From an uncultured delta proteobacterium (lineage in GTDB: Bacteria > Desulfobacterota > BSN033 > UBA1163): 64,000 bases of DNA. Location of the stretch: positions 832,001 through 896,000 of the forward strand of contig CAWHBU010000002.1 of the NCBI GenBank assembly GCA_963827685.1. The letters are read 5' to 3'. The position numbers were made by a program, and so were the translations under genes. The notes beneath the pieces are model-generated. The model searched no databases. It worked only from the letters and a program-made list of their open reading frames with translations, and had not been told where the DNA came from. This document shows positions 19,532 to 29,859 of the stretch, in pieces. The number at the start of each line of letters is the position of its first letter. The first letter of the stretch is position 1.

Positions 19532-20689
19532 ATGAGAAGGACTATAAAAATAATTCTCCCTTTCATTCTATTTGCTTTCTCTTTTGTTTACATAAATCAC
19601 GCTGTCAGTGAGGGGCAAAGTGCGAAGCAAAAACGGCCTAACAGTCTTCATAAACTTCACTTTATTCCAACACACGATTTGATTGTGGCCGTTTGCGGCT
19701 CAGTTCCGAATGGTAGTATCAGGTTCTGGTCAATTAACGATGGAAAGTTGAAAGAAATAATTGATCTCGGAAAAGATGTATGGGCTCGCCCCTTAGCAGT
19801 GAGCAACAATGGGAATTTAGTTGTAATTTGATTATTTACCAAGAACAAAACCGCATGTTATTCTTTACGAGAAAAGAAATGGTTATGGAGAGTGAATTGG
19901 GTGGGAAGAGGCGTGGTGGGTAATGGTATGCGGTTTACACTTGATGACCGGAGGTTGGTCGTTGTGGGTTTCAAAAATATCGTAACGTATGATGCTGAGA
20001 CCGGTGCCATGCTCCAAACCCAGGAAGATTCCAAAGGTTTTTGTGCCGGACTTCCTAATTATAATACAAGGAATATTGCAGTAAGTCAGAGCGCCAGATA
20101 TGCTGCATTTTGGCAGGGCAGACAAGAGGCCCATGAGAAATGGTGGACCTCCAAGAACATTTGGGTAGTGGTGCGGGACATAGAAGCAGAAAAGATTATC
20201 GCCAAGCAAGGGAAAATGAAACAAAAATACGAGAATTGCTCTGGTGTATTTACACCCGATGAGAAGGATTTAGTCCTTGGTTCATTGGGTGGGCATATAA
20301 GGGTTTGGTCTATTACAGAACAGAAGGTAGTCAGAGAATGGAATGCAACCGGCAGCGGTGAATCAGATTCTATTACAGAAGCTTCTTCTTTTGAAGCTAT
20401 CGGCTCTATGACTTTTTCTCCGAAGGGACAACACCTTGCCACAATGGGTTTTTTCAAAAAGGGGGTTTCCATAAGAATCTGGGATTACGCAACGAATAAA
20501 CCGATTCATGAGTTTGTTGATGTATGTTCTTCGGGTCTTGCGATGGGTGACGACTATCCTATGGCTTTCAGCCCTGATGGGAAATACTTTGCTTTTGAGC
20601 AACAAGGGCAGGTTTGTCTGTACGATACCCAGACCTGGGAGGAGAAATGGTGCGTTTTTTCTTGGCCGGAGGACTATCGGGTGAAGTGA
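19532..20689 (+). pseudogene. Secreted WD40/beta-propeller protein interrupted by an in-frame TGA at 19829-19831
   Basis: ORFs 19532-19831 and 19892-20689 share a frame with no other stop between them; signal peptide; FSP.G and IR.WD repeats. Confidence 0.7.
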
Positions 20690-20870
20690 CCTGCGTGGGT
20701 GGATAGGGTAAGTAAGGGAGCAGAACCTTGACACCCATTGTTTAAAATTGTATTTCTTTGATAGGTTAGCAATGATCAGTTTGGGGACGGATAAATCTCT
20801 GTCCCCAAACGTTCGAGAGGTCTTTGAAAAACTCTTAAAAATCGTTATCACAGACTTCCCATTACATTGT

Positions 20871-20910
20871 TCACCCCCACCCTCACCCTTCCCCATCAAG
20901 GGGGAGGGGA
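20871..20910. repeat. Family B REP-like palindrome
   Basis: TCACCCCCACCCTCACCCTTCCCCATCAAGGGGGAGGGGA. Confidence 0.7.
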
Positions 20911-20995
20911 ACGGTTCTATCTTCATCGTTTGAGGGTGTACAAACTGGCCATGAGTAACTAAAGAGGTTTTCCAGAAATCTCTTCTGGAGGAAAC

Positions 20996-22039
20996 ATGAA
21001 GGACTTTATCGATCTCAGAAGTGATACCGTGACCAAACCCACGCCTGCCATGAGAAAAGCGATGGCAGAGGCAGAAGTCGGGGATGACGTCTTTGGAGAA
21101 GACCCTACTGTAAACCTCCTCCAGGAAAAGGTGGCCAATCTACTCGGAAAAGAAGCTTCCCTTTTCGTTCCCTCAGGAACCATGGCCAATCAGTTGTCCA
21201 TCAAATCCCATACGCAGCCCGGCGACGAGGTGGTCATCGAATCTTCTTCTCATCCGTATAATTTTGAGGGCGGAGCCGGCGCCGCCCTTTCAGGTGTCCA
21301 ATTTCAGTGTCTCAAAGGCGTACGAGGTATTCTCGATGCTTCTCAGATTGAAGAAGCCATCAGGCCTGCTGATCACCATTTTCCTGTCACAAGACTGGTC
21401 TGTCTTGAAAACACTCACAACCGCGGCGGTGGCTCTATCTTTCCTCTTGAAAAAATGGCTGAGATCTATCGATTGGCCAAATCCAAAGGGCTTCTTCTTC
21501 ATCTCGATGGGGCCAGGCTTTGGAACGCTTCGGTGGCCACAGGAATTAAACCCCATGAATATGCTCAATGGGCAGACTCCGTATCGGTCTGTCTGTCTAA
21601 AGGATTAGGAGCTCCCATTGGCTCCTTGGTCGCAGGCACCAAACCGTATATCGATCGCGTTCATCGGTTCCGAAAAATGTTTGGAGGTGGAATGCGTCAG
21701 GTAGGAATCATTGCTGCTGCTGGAATCTATGCATTAGACCACCACGTCGAACGTCTGAAAGAAGACCACCAGAATGCAAAGCGCTTGGCCGTGGGTTTGA
21801 AAGAATTTAAAGGAGTCTCCATTGACCCAAGACACGTGGAAACGAATATTGTGATTTTTGATGTCGCCAATACAAGGATGACAGCTCTGCAGGTTGCTGA
21901 AGCAATGAAGAAGGAAGGTGTCCTCATCCATGCTTTTGGCAAGATCCAAATCCGCCTGGTCACCCATCTGGATGTCGCCGCTGAAGATATTGAGAATGCG
22001 TTAAAAAGCTTTGAGAAAGTGTTAGGTAGGGGAAATTGA
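20996..22039 (+). CDS. ltaE: Low-specificity L-threonine aldolase
   Basis: [38 protein letters not shown] and CLSKGLGAP (PLP lysine). Confidence 0.95.
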   Translation: MKDFIDLRSDTVTKPTPAMRKAMAEAEVGDDVFGEDPTVNLLQEKVANLLGKEASLFVPSGTMANQLSIKSHTQPGDEVVIESSSHPYNFEGGAGAALSGVQFQCLKGVRGILDASQIEEAIRPADHHFPVTRLVCLENTHNRGGGSIFPLEKMAEIYRLAKSKGLLLHLDGARLWNASVATGIKPHEYAQWADSVSVCLSKGLGAPIGSLVAGTKPYIDRVHRFRKMFGGGMRQVGIIAAAGIYALDHHVERLKEDHQNAKRLAVGLKEFKGVSIDPRHVETNIVIFDVANTRMTALQVAEAMKKEGVLIHAFGKIQIRLVTHLDVAAEDIENALKSFEKVLGRGN

Positions 22040-22048
22040 AACCACGCG

Positions 22049-22100
22049 CCCCCTCACTCCATCCTTCTCCCTTTGTGGGGAGAGCGGGAGGCTAAGAGGC
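22049..22100. repeat. Degenerate family B palindrome
   Basis: CCCCCTCACTCC..TTCTCCC..GGGGAGAG. Confidence 0.5.
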
Positions 22101-22112
22101 AAGGAGAAAATC

Positions 22113-22652
22113 ATGTCTTGGAAATTGGCGGTCGTGCCTGAACGATGTTCGGGATGCAAGATTTGTGAATTGGTCTGTTCCATCAATCGTTTTGGAGTGA
22201 ACAACCCTAAAAAGAGCGCCATTCGGGTGATGGTAGTCTACCCCCACCCGATCATACGGATGCCCATTGTCTGTCGACAATGCAAGGTTGCCAAATGCAT
22301 GGAGAACTGTCCAACTGGAGCCATCACAACGAAGGACGGTATCTATGATATTGACAGTGAAAAGTGCATCTCCTGTCAACAATGCGTGACCTCCTGTCCT
22401 TTTGGTGCTGTCTTCCTTCACGAGGAGATCGAAACGCCTTTTAAATGCAATCTCTGTGACGGAAATCCACGCTGTGTGGAGGCCTGCCCCAAGAACGCAC
22501 TCCTGTTTTTACCTGAACATGTTTTAGGTCAGGCCCAGAGGATGACCAGCGTTTTAAAATATGTGCACATGAAAGAAGTGGAGTATGTGGAAAAGGGAGA
22601 AAGGAAGGTCCTGAGGTATGCCGACATCGAAAAGGGAAAAGCGGAAGATTAA
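22113..22652 (+). CDS. Polyferredoxin (4x[4Fe-4S]) electron-transfer subunit
   Basis: Four Cys clusters (CSGCKICELVC, CRQC...C...CP, CISCQQCVTSCP, CNLC...CVEACP). Confidence 0.92.
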   Translation: MSWKLAVVPERCSGCKICELVCSINRFGVNNPKKSAIRVMVVYPHPIIRMPIVCRQCKVAKCMENCPTGAITTKDGIYDIDSEKCISCQQCVTSCPFGAVFLHEEIETPFKCNLCDGNPRCVEACPKNALLFLPEHVLGQAQRMTSVLKYVHMKEVEYVEKGERKVLRYADIEKGKAED

Positions 22653-24480
22653 AGGCGGATATTTCTGGAAGATCCTCTGGGTCGATCTCGATCGTGATGA
22701 GGCAAAGCCTTTAGAATTTGACGAAGCCTTTGCCTCGAAATATATCGGCGGAAGGGGATTCGGGGCCAAACTGGTTTGGGATCAGCTCCAGAAGCGAACC
22801 ATTGATCCCCTCGGTTCAGAAAATCTATTAGTGATCTCTCCTGGACCTCTGGCTGGCCTTTACCTTCCTGCCTCTGGGAAAACATCCTTCGTCTCCATCT
22901 CTCCCGAAACAGGAATTTATGGTGATTCGAGCATGGGAGGGTCTTTTGGTGCAGAACTCCGACAAGCTGGCCTCGATGCCCTTGCCATATCAGGAAAGGC
23001 TAGGTCCCTCTCCTACCTCTGGATCGATAATGGAGAAGTAAAAGTCATTCCAAATGAGAGATTAAGAGGGAAAGGAAGTTTGGAGAGCGAAGGGATGATC
23101 AAGGAGGATCTGAAGGATGAACATATTAAGGTAGCCACCATCGGTCCTGCAGGAGAGAATCGGGTCCGATATGCCTGTATCACTTCAGATTGGGGAAGAA
23201 ATTCTGGAAGGACTGGCATCGGTGCGGTCATGGGCTCAAAGAACCTCAAGGCCATCGCCGTGCGTGGTTCTAAAGATCTCCCTGTTTTTGATCTTCCAAG
23301 ACTACAAAAAGCTTCTGAGGTCTCCTTTCAAAGTTTAAGGGAAAATAAGAATTTTACCTTCTGGCAGGAACAGGGCCTCATGTCCGTCATCGATTATGTT
23401 AATGAAGCCGGCGTCATGCCCACCTACAATTTCAGGGAGGGTGTCTTCGAGCATGCCAAGAAGATCAATGGCTACGAAATGCTCTCAAAATATAAGATCG
23501 GTGATACCTCTTGCTTTGCCTGCCCAATGGCCTGCGGAAATGTCTGCTTGGTGAAAGAAGGAAAATACCGGGGGACGGTGGTGGAAGGTCCGGAGTACGA
23601 AACAGCTTGCATGTTCGGTCCCAATATCGGAGTCCAAAATTTTGCTGCCATTCTCAAGGCAAATCAACTCTGTGATGAACTCGGAATCGACACGATCACC
23701 GCTGGAAATCTGATCGGAGTGCTGATGGAGGCGCAGGAGACAGGCCTTCTTTCTGAAAAAGACCTGGATGGCCTCAACCTCAAATGGGGAGCTGAAGAGG
23801 CCATCTTGGATACGGTCCATCGGATCGCCCACCGGAAAGGGATTGGGAATATCCTTGCTGAAGGAAGCCTCGGGGTGATCAAACAGTGGCCTCAACTTCG
23901 ACCTATCATCTCGCAGGTAAAGGGCCTTGAGCAATCTGCCTACGATGCAAGAATTGCTATCTCCATGGCATTGGGATATGCCACCTCGGATATCGGAGCC
24001 CACCACGCGCGTGCCTGGACAATTGCAAAAGAGCTGGAAATGGGGATGGAATGGCCATTGGAGAAGAAGGCCGATTTGGTGATCTATCATCAGACGCTTC
24101 GGCCTCTGTTTGACATGTTAGGAGTCTGTAGGTTGCCTTGGATTGAACTGGGTTTCAATGAACATCAATATGCAGAATTCTACTCAGCCGTCACAGGCAT
24201 CGAAACCACATTGAATGAACTTCTCCAACGGTCCATGGATCTTTATGACCTCACCCGGGCCATCAATATGAAATTTGGCATCTCTCGGAAGGATGATTAT
24301 CCTCCTGAAAGGGTCTTCAACTTGCCGATGACCGAAGGCCCCCACGCAGGAAAGATCTTAAAACGCGAAGATTACGAGGCGATCCTCGATATCTATTATC
24401 AGAAAAGAGGCTGGACCAAAGATGGCCTGGTTGATAAAAAGAAAATTGCGGGTTTCAACGATCCACTGATGACAACTTGA
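22618..24480 (+). CDS. aor: Aldehyde:ferredoxin oxidoreductase family (tungstopterin) catalytic subunit
   Basis: YIGGRG, IGPAGEN, GRTGIGAVMGSKNLKAI, CFACPMAC, PEYET and DELGIDTI. Confidence 0.92.
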   Translation: MPTSKREKRKIKGGYFWKILWVDLDRDEAKPLEFDEAFASKYIGGRGFGAKLVWDQLQKRTIDPLGSENLLVISPGPLAGLYLPASGKTSFVSISPETGIYGDSSMGGSFGAELRQAGLDALAISGKARSLSYLWIDNGEVKVIPNERLRGKGSLESEGMIKEDLKDEHIKVATIGPAGENRVRYACITSDWGRNSGRTGIGAVMGSKNLKAIAVRGSKDLPVFDLPRLQKASEVSFQSLRENKNFTFWQEQGLMSVIDYVNEAGVMPTYNFREGVFEHAKKINGYEMLSKYKIGDTSCFACPMACGNVCLVKEGKYRGTVVEGPEYETACMFGPNIGVQNFAAILKANQLCDELGIDTITAGNLIGVLMEAQETGLLSEKDLDGLNLKWGAEEAILDTVHRIAHRKGIGNILAEGSLGVIKQWPQLRPIISQVKGLEQSAYDARIAISMALGYATSDIGAHHARAWTIAKELEMGMEWPLEKKADLVIYHQTLRPLFDMLGVCRLPWIELGFNEHQYAEFYSAVTGIETTLNELLQRSMDLYDLTRAINMKFGISRKDDYPPERVFNLPMTEGPHAGKILKREDYEAILDIYYQKRGWTKDGLVDKKKIAGFNDPLMTT

Positions 24481-24556
24481 ACAAGCTAAGCGTTTAGCGC
24501 CCTGCGCATAGGGTTAACTATACTGAACGCCATATATAAGTCGATGTCCGTGTGGT

Positions 24557-24660
24557 GTCATTGCGAACGGAGCCCTGCACCGCATGGTGAGAAGGGCGGA
24601 GTAAAGCAATCTCATGAGATTGCCACGTCGTCCCGCCAAAGCGGGACTCCTCGCAATGAC
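24557..24660. repeat. Family C palindrome (GTCATTGCGA...GCAATCTC / GAGATTGC...TCGCAATGAC) with two nested mini-hairpins
   Basis: Perfect terminal inverted repeat GTCATTGCGA/TCGCAATGAC; related halves at 40486-40683. Confidence 0.8.
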
Positions 24661-24723
24661 TACTTTATTAAACCATTCACTATAGTATCTTTATCTTGAC
24701 CTTAACCTCAACCATGAAGATTT

Positions 24724-25053
24724 ATGCCTGATCCGATCGTTGTCCTGGTTACCTGTGGTTCCGAAGAGGAAGCGCTGAAGATTGCCAATGCTTTGGTGGA
24801 GGAACATCTGGCCGCCTGCGTCAACCTTGTCGCTCCAATCCGTTCTATCTATCGATGGGAGGGAAAGATCTGGGACGAAAAGGAATGGCTGTTGATCATC
24901 AAGACACAAAAAGATAGGTTTGAGGAATTGGAGAAGAAAGTGAAGTCCCTTCACTCTTATTCTGTCCCTGAAATCATCAGCCTTCCTATCACAGAAGGTT
25001 CTTCGGCTTATCTCGACTGGTTAGAAGAAATGACCAAAGAGCAGAAATTCTGA
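24724..25053 (+). CDS. cutA: Divalent-cation tolerance protein CutA
   Basis: LAACVN, SIYRWEG and HSYSVPEI. Confidence 0.95.
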   Translation: MPDPIVVLVTCGSEEEALKIANALVEEHLAACVNLVAPIRSIYRWEGKIWDEKEWLLIIKTQKDRFEELEKKVKSLHSYSVPEIISLPITEGSSAYLDWLEEMTKEQKF

Positions 25054-25215
25054 TTACGAGATCCGGAATTCGAAACGAACACAAATGTTCAAAATACTAA
25101 CATCCCAAACAATTAAAACAATTTCAATTTTAGATTTTAGATTTGTTTAGGCGTTGATTCTTACGTGGTTCAATCTGAGAATTTCCTTCTAACATTCAAA
25201 GAATGATCCCCAAAA

Positions 25216-25315
25216 AAATCTCCCCTCCCTTGGTGGGAGGGGATGAAGGGGAGGGGGAAGACCGGTTCTTTTGTCCACCCCCACCCTGGCCCTCCCCCAT
25301 CTAGGGGGAGGGAGT
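25216..25315. repeat. Family B doublet (two inverted REP-like palindromes)
   Basis: TCCCCTCCC..GGGAGGGGA...GGGGAGGGGG and CACCCCCACCC..CCTCCCCC..GGGGGAGGG. Confidence 0.75.
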
Positions 25316-25351
25316 AGGTCTGGGAAATTTCAAATGGTTTTGGTTAGGATT

Positions 25352-26812
25352 TTAGAGGGTAGGTTTTTTGAGATGGTAATCCGTGTTCTGCTCGAACGTG
25401 TAGGCCACTCTTAAGAGCATCCCTTCGTCAAAGTGCTTTCCCATGATCTGAAGGCCAATGGGAAGCCCTTCATGGCTGAATCCGCAGGGGATAGAGATGG
25501 CGGGAATTCCTGCCAGGTTCACAGGAATGGTATGGATATCGGATAGGTACATCTGGAGCGGGTCTTCTGTCTTCTCACCAATTCGAAAGGCGGGTGTGGG
25601 GGCGGTGGGGGACATAATGACATCCACCTTTTGAAACGCCTCCTCAAAATCCTTCCTTATGAGAGTTCTTACCTGCGAAGCCTTTCGATAGTAGGCTTCA
25701 TAATATCCGGCAGACAGGACATAAGTTCCCAGGATGATCCGTCGTTTTACTTCTTTTCCAAATCCCTTTGCACGGGTCTGGGTATACATCTCCATCAGAT
25801 CCCGATACCCTTTTGAACGAAAGCCATACTTTACCCCGTCATATCGAGCCAAATTGGAACTGGCCTCTGCTGTTGCAATGATGTAATAAATGGCCACCGC
25901 ATATTCCGTATGGGGTAAAGAGATCCTCTGAATTTCCGCTCCCCACTTCTTAAAAGAATCGATCGCCACTTTGACGGATTTGTCCACTTCTGGGTCCATT
26001 CCCTCAATAAAATATTCTTCAGGGATTCCAATTCGAATTCCTTTGATATCCTTTTTCAATGACTGCTTATAATCCGGTACCTCCGTGTTAACAGCGGTCG
26101 AGTCACAGGGGTCATAACCGCTGATCGCATTCAACAGAATGGCACAGTCTTCCACATCTTTTGTGATGGGGCCGATCTGGTCCAAAGAGGAGGCAAAGGC
26201 TACCAGCCCGTATCTGGATACTCTGCCATAAGTCGGTTTCAATCCCACCACTCCGCAACAGGAGGCTGGTTGTCGGATCGAACCCCCTGTATCGGTGCCG
26301 AGAGCGGTGATACATTCATCAGCGGCCACAGCAGCTGCCGAACCACCACTGGAGCCTCCCGGAATCCGCTCAAGGTCCCAGGGATTATGAGTGATTTGAA
26401 ATCCTGAGTTCTCTGTCGAGGAGCCCATAGCAAACTCGTCCATATTGAGCTTTCCCAAAAAAACGGCATTCTTCTCTTTAAGTTTTTTTATCACTGTCCC
26501 ATCGTAAAACGGAATATATGCATCTAAGATTTTAGAGCCACACGTCGTCCTAATCCCTTTTGTGCAAAGGATATCTTTTAGCCCGATGGGGATCCCCGCA
26601 AGGTCTCCAATCTCTTCTCCTTTGGCAATCTTGCGATCGACCTCAGCAGCCTGGCGGAAAGCCTCTTCTTCTGTCAGCAAGAGATAGGCCTTGATCCTTT
26701 CGTCCACCTCTCCAATACGTCGGTAGAGAGCCTCCGTTGCCTCCCTGGAAGTGACCTTCTTCTTCACTAAAAGGTCGTGCAATCGGTGGATGGTCAATTG
26801 ACGTAGTTCCAT
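25352..26812 (-). CDS. gatA: Asp/Glu-tRNA amidotransferase subunit A
   Basis: Amidase signature [17 protein letters not shown] and SSNLARYDG. Confidence 0.97.
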   Translation of the reverse strand: MELRQLTIHRLHDLLVKKKVTSREATEALYRRIGEVDERIKAYLLLTEEEAFRQAAEVDRKIAKGEEIGDLAGIPIGLKDILCTKGIRTTCGSKILDAYIPFYDGTVIKKLKEKNAVFLGKLNMDEFAMGSSTENSGFQITHNPWDLERIPGGSSGGSAAAVAADECITALGTDTGGSIRQPASCCGVVGLKPTYGRVSRYGLVAFASSLDQIGPITKDVEDCAILLNAISGYDPCDSTAVNTEVPDYKQSLKKDIKGIRIGIPEEYFIEGMDPEVDKSVKVAIDSFKKWGAEIQRISLPHTEYAVAIYYIIATAEASSNLARYDGVKYGFRSKGYRDLMEMYTQTRAKGFGKEVKRRIILGTYVLSAGYYEAYYRKASQVRTLIRKDFEEAFQKVDVIMSPTAPTPAFRIGEKTEDPLQMYLSDIHTIPVNLAGIPAISIPCGFSHEGLPIGLQIMGKHFDEGMLLRVAYTFEQNTDYHLKKPTL

Positions 26813-26870
26813 ATTTGTCTATTTCCCAAGGGTTTTATTAGCGGACACGAGACACGGCCACGGACCACGA

Positions 26871-27149
26871 CTATTCGATGATCTTCGGTACCTTGAAATG
26901 TCCGTCCTCCTGATCGGGTGCAATTGCCAAAACCTCTTCCTGCGAAAGAGAGGCTTTTACTTCGTCTTCTCTAAAAACATTGTAGACGGGGATGGCGTGG
27001 GATGTTGGCTCCACCCCAGTGGTATCGAGTTGGTTCAATTGCTCCATATGGGTGAGAATTTGTTCCAACTGGTTCCCGAAAGTTATCTTTTCTTCCTCAG
27101 ATAACTCAAGGCGAGCCAGCCTGGCGACTTTTTCGATATCGATCTTCAT
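26871..27149 (-). CDS. gatC: Asp/Glu-tRNA amidotransferase subunit C
   Basis: VARLARL, DTTGVEPT, FREDEV and FKVPKII; start may be TTG at 27164. Confidence 0.95.
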   Translation of the reverse strand: MKIDIEKVARLARLELSEEEKITFGNQLEQILTHMEQLNQLDTTGVEPTSHAIPVYNVFREDEVKASLSQEEVLAIAPDQEDGHFKVPKIIE

Positions 27150-27169
27150 CTTGCCTTCCCCCAACCGCG

Positions 27170-29839
27170 TTACCCCATCATCTCTTTTATTTTATTCAAA
27201 CTCTCTTCTAATTTCTCACGCTGGATGCGGAACTCCAACGCTTTCTCTTTTACTTCTTGAACGACCTCTGGTGGAGCTTTGGAAAGGAACTGTTCGTTGG
27301 AGAGCTTCTTCATAACGAACCCGCTCTCCTTCTCAATTTTCACGATCTCTTTCTGAAGCCTTCTCGCCTCTTCTTCCATCCGAGACCGATCCATCGGGAC
27401 AAAAATTTCAACATCTCGAACGACAACAAAAGCACTGTAGAGCGGTTTTTCAAGATCCCGTCCGAATTGAAACTCTTTAATCAGGGCGAGGAACTGAATA
27501 AAGGATTGATTTTCCCGAAGCCTCTTCTCCACTTCTCTGCTCTTGGTTCGCAAGAGCACAGTGATCTGTTCTCCAGGTGGAAGGTTCATCTCTCCCCGGA
27601 TGTTCCGGAGGGCATTGGTCACTTCAATGATTAGTACCATCTCCTCTCCCACGGCTTCATCATCATACTGTGTGTTGGGTTTTGGAAATTCGGCAATCAT
27701 GATCGATTCATTCTCTTTTCGCTGGGGAAGTTTCTGCCAGACCTCTTCGGTGATAAATGGCATGAAGGGATGAAGCAGCTTGAGGATGGAATCGAGAACC
27801 TCTAAGAGCGTCCGCTTGGTAAGGTCCTGTCTCTTCTTGCTCACCTCCTTGTAGAGGAAGAGCTTGGTCAACTCAAGATACCAGTCGCAGAATTCATGCC
27901 AGATAAAATGGTAGAGGGCATGGGAGGCTTCATTGAATTTGTATTCTTCTAATGATTTTTGAACCTCCCGTATAACCTGGTTTAACCTTCCCCGGATCCA
28001 ACGATCTGGAAGGCTAAATTCCTTTGGAGGAACTTCCTTGGTCATCTTGTCAATATTGAATTTCTCAAGATTCATCAAGGCAAAACGTGAGGCATTCCAG
28101 ATCTTATTGGCAAAGTGGCGGTAGCCTTCTGTCCTGGACTCAGAAAGTTTCAAATCGCTTCCGGGCATGGTCAGTGCTGCGAGGGTAAAACGGAGGGCAT
28201 CGGCACCGAAACGATCGATGAGATCAAGAGGATCGACCACATTTCCGCGTGTCTTCGAATATTTTTCACCCCTCTCGTCTCTCACCAAACCATGAATATA
28301 CACATCCCTGAAGGGAACATCATCCATAAACTTCAAACCCATCATCATCATTCTGGCCACCCAGAAGAATAGGATGTCGAAGCCGGTCACCAGGACAGAA
28401 GTGGGATAGAACCGCTTCAACAACTTCGTCTGTCTTGGCCATCCCATGGTGGAAAAAGGCCAGAGGGCAGAACTGAACCAGGTATCTAACACATCCGTCT
28501 CAGGGGTTAAATGATCGCCACCGCATTTTGGACAAAAGGTGGGTGTCTCCTTGGATACAATCACTTCCCCGCATCGATCACAATACCAGGCAGGGATACG
28601 ATGCCCCCACCAGATCTGCCGAGAGATGCACCAATCCCTTATATTCTCCATCCACTCAAAATAGGTCTTCTCCCAGACCTCAGGGATGATTCGAGTACGG
28701 CCATCTCGAACAGCCTCGATGGCCGTTTTAGCCAAAGGCTTGGTTTTTACAAACCATTGAAGAGAAAGGTTCGGTTCTACGATCGTCTTACAGCGGTAAC
28801 AATGACCCACCACATGGCGGTAGTCTTCAATCTTGATCAGGACCCCGTCCCGCTCAAAATCTTCGACCATCCGCTCTCGACATTCAAATCGATCCATTCC
28901 TTGATAAGGGCCTGCGTTGTCATTCATTCGTCCTGCTTCATCAATCACCTTAATCTGTTCAAGACCATGCTTCAAACCAATTTCAAAATCGTTGAAATCG
29001 TGAGCCGGGGTGATCTTCAAGCAGCCCGTCCCGAATTCGATATCCACATAGGGGTCTCCAATAACAGGAATCTCTCGGTGGACAACGGGGAGGACGACCT
29101 TCTTCCCGATGACCGCGTGATAACGTTCATCCTCGGGGTTAACCGCTACCGCCGTATCCCCGAGCATGGTTTCCGGCCGGGTAGTTGCCACGACGACGAA
29201 GCGATCGCTGTCCTTGAAAGGATATTTGAGATGGTAGAGTTTCCCCAAGACCTCTTGATGCTCCACTTCGAGATCGGACAAAGCGGTTTGGCATCGGGGA
29301 CACCAATTGATGATGTAATGGCTTCGATATATCAGGCCTTCCTGATAAAGACGGACGAAAACTTCTTTGACCGCTTCCGAAAGGCCTTCGTCCATCGTAA
29401 ACCGCTCACGGCTCCAGTCACAGGATGCCCCCAGTTTCTTCAACTGGCTGATGATCGTTCCCCCGGACTGTTCTTTCCACTTCCAAACCCTCTCGATGAA
29501 TTTTTCTCTTCCCAGGGTGTGTCGGTCGAGCCCCTCCTCTAGAAGTTGCTTCTCCACAACATTCTGAGTGGCAATGCCCGCATGGTCCGTTCCCGGCATC
29601 CAGAGGGCATTGTAGCCCTCCATCCTTTTGAATCGAATCAGAATGTCTTGAAGGGTATTGTTCAGTGCGTGTCCGATATGAAGAACACCGGTTACATTTG
29701 GAGGTGGGATAACAATAGAATAGGCTTTCTGTTCTGAATCTTCATCGGCCCCGAAATAACCGCGTTCCTCCCAATAACGGTACCATTTGTCCTCCACCTG
29801 GTGGGGATCGTAAGATTTGTCCAAAACCTTTGAGGCCAT
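27170..29839 (-). CDS. valS: Valine--tRNA ligase
   Basis: PPPNVTG.LHIGH, DWCISRQIWWGHRIP, KYSKT (KMSKS variant) and C-terminal coiled coil. Confidence 0.97.
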   Translation of the reverse strand: MASKVLDKSYDPHQVEDKWYRYWEERGYFGADEDSEQKAYSIVIPPPNVTGVLHIGHALNNTLQDILIRFKRMEGYNALWMPGTDHAGIATQNVVEKQLLEEGLDRHTLGREKFIERVWKWKEQSGGTIISQLKKLGASCDWSRERFTMDEGLSEAVKEVFVRLYQEGLIYRSHYIINWCPRCQTALSDLEVEHQEVLGKLYHLKYPFKDSDRFVVVATTRPETMLGDTAVAVNPEDERYHAVIGKKVVLPVVHREIPVIGDPYVDIEFGTGCLKITPAHDFNDFEIGLKHGLEQIKVIDEAGRMNDNAGPYQGMDRFECRERMVEDFERDGVLIKIEDYRHVVGHCYRCKTIVEPNLSLQWFVKTKPLAKTAIEAVRDGRTRIIPEVWEKTYFEWMENIRDWCISRQIWWGHRIPAWYCDRCGEVIVSKETPTFCPKCGGDHLTPETDVLDTWFSSALWPFSTMGWPRQTKLLKRFYPTSVLVTGFDILFFWVARMMMMGLKFMDDVPFRDVYIHGLVRDERGEKYSKTRGNVVDPLDLIDRFGADALRFTLAALTMPGSDLKLSESRTEGYRHFANKIWNASRFALMNLEKFNIDKMTKEVPPKEFSLPDRWIRGRLNQVIREVQKSLEEYKFNEASHALYHFIWHEFCDWYLELTKLFLYKEVSKKRQDLTKRTLLEVLDSILKLLHPFMPFITEEVWQKLPQRKENESIMIAEFPKPNTQYDDEAVGEEMVLIIEVTNALRNIRGEMNLPPGEQITVLLRTKSREVEKRLRENQSFIQFLALIKEFQFGRDLEKPLYSAFVVVRDVEIFVPMDRSRMEEEARRLQKEIVKIEKESGFVMKKLSNEQFLSKAPPEVVQEVKEKALEFRIQREKLEESLNKIKEMMG

Positions 29840-29859
29840 CGATGCACCCTTCGTCCTCC

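Noticed and set aside
26843-26872. Short CACG-containing tandem repeat between gatC and gatA
   Set aside because: Only a few degenerate units; too short to support a function
28511-29542. 343-aa plus-strand ORF
   Set aside because: Antisense shadow of valS with no recognisable motifs
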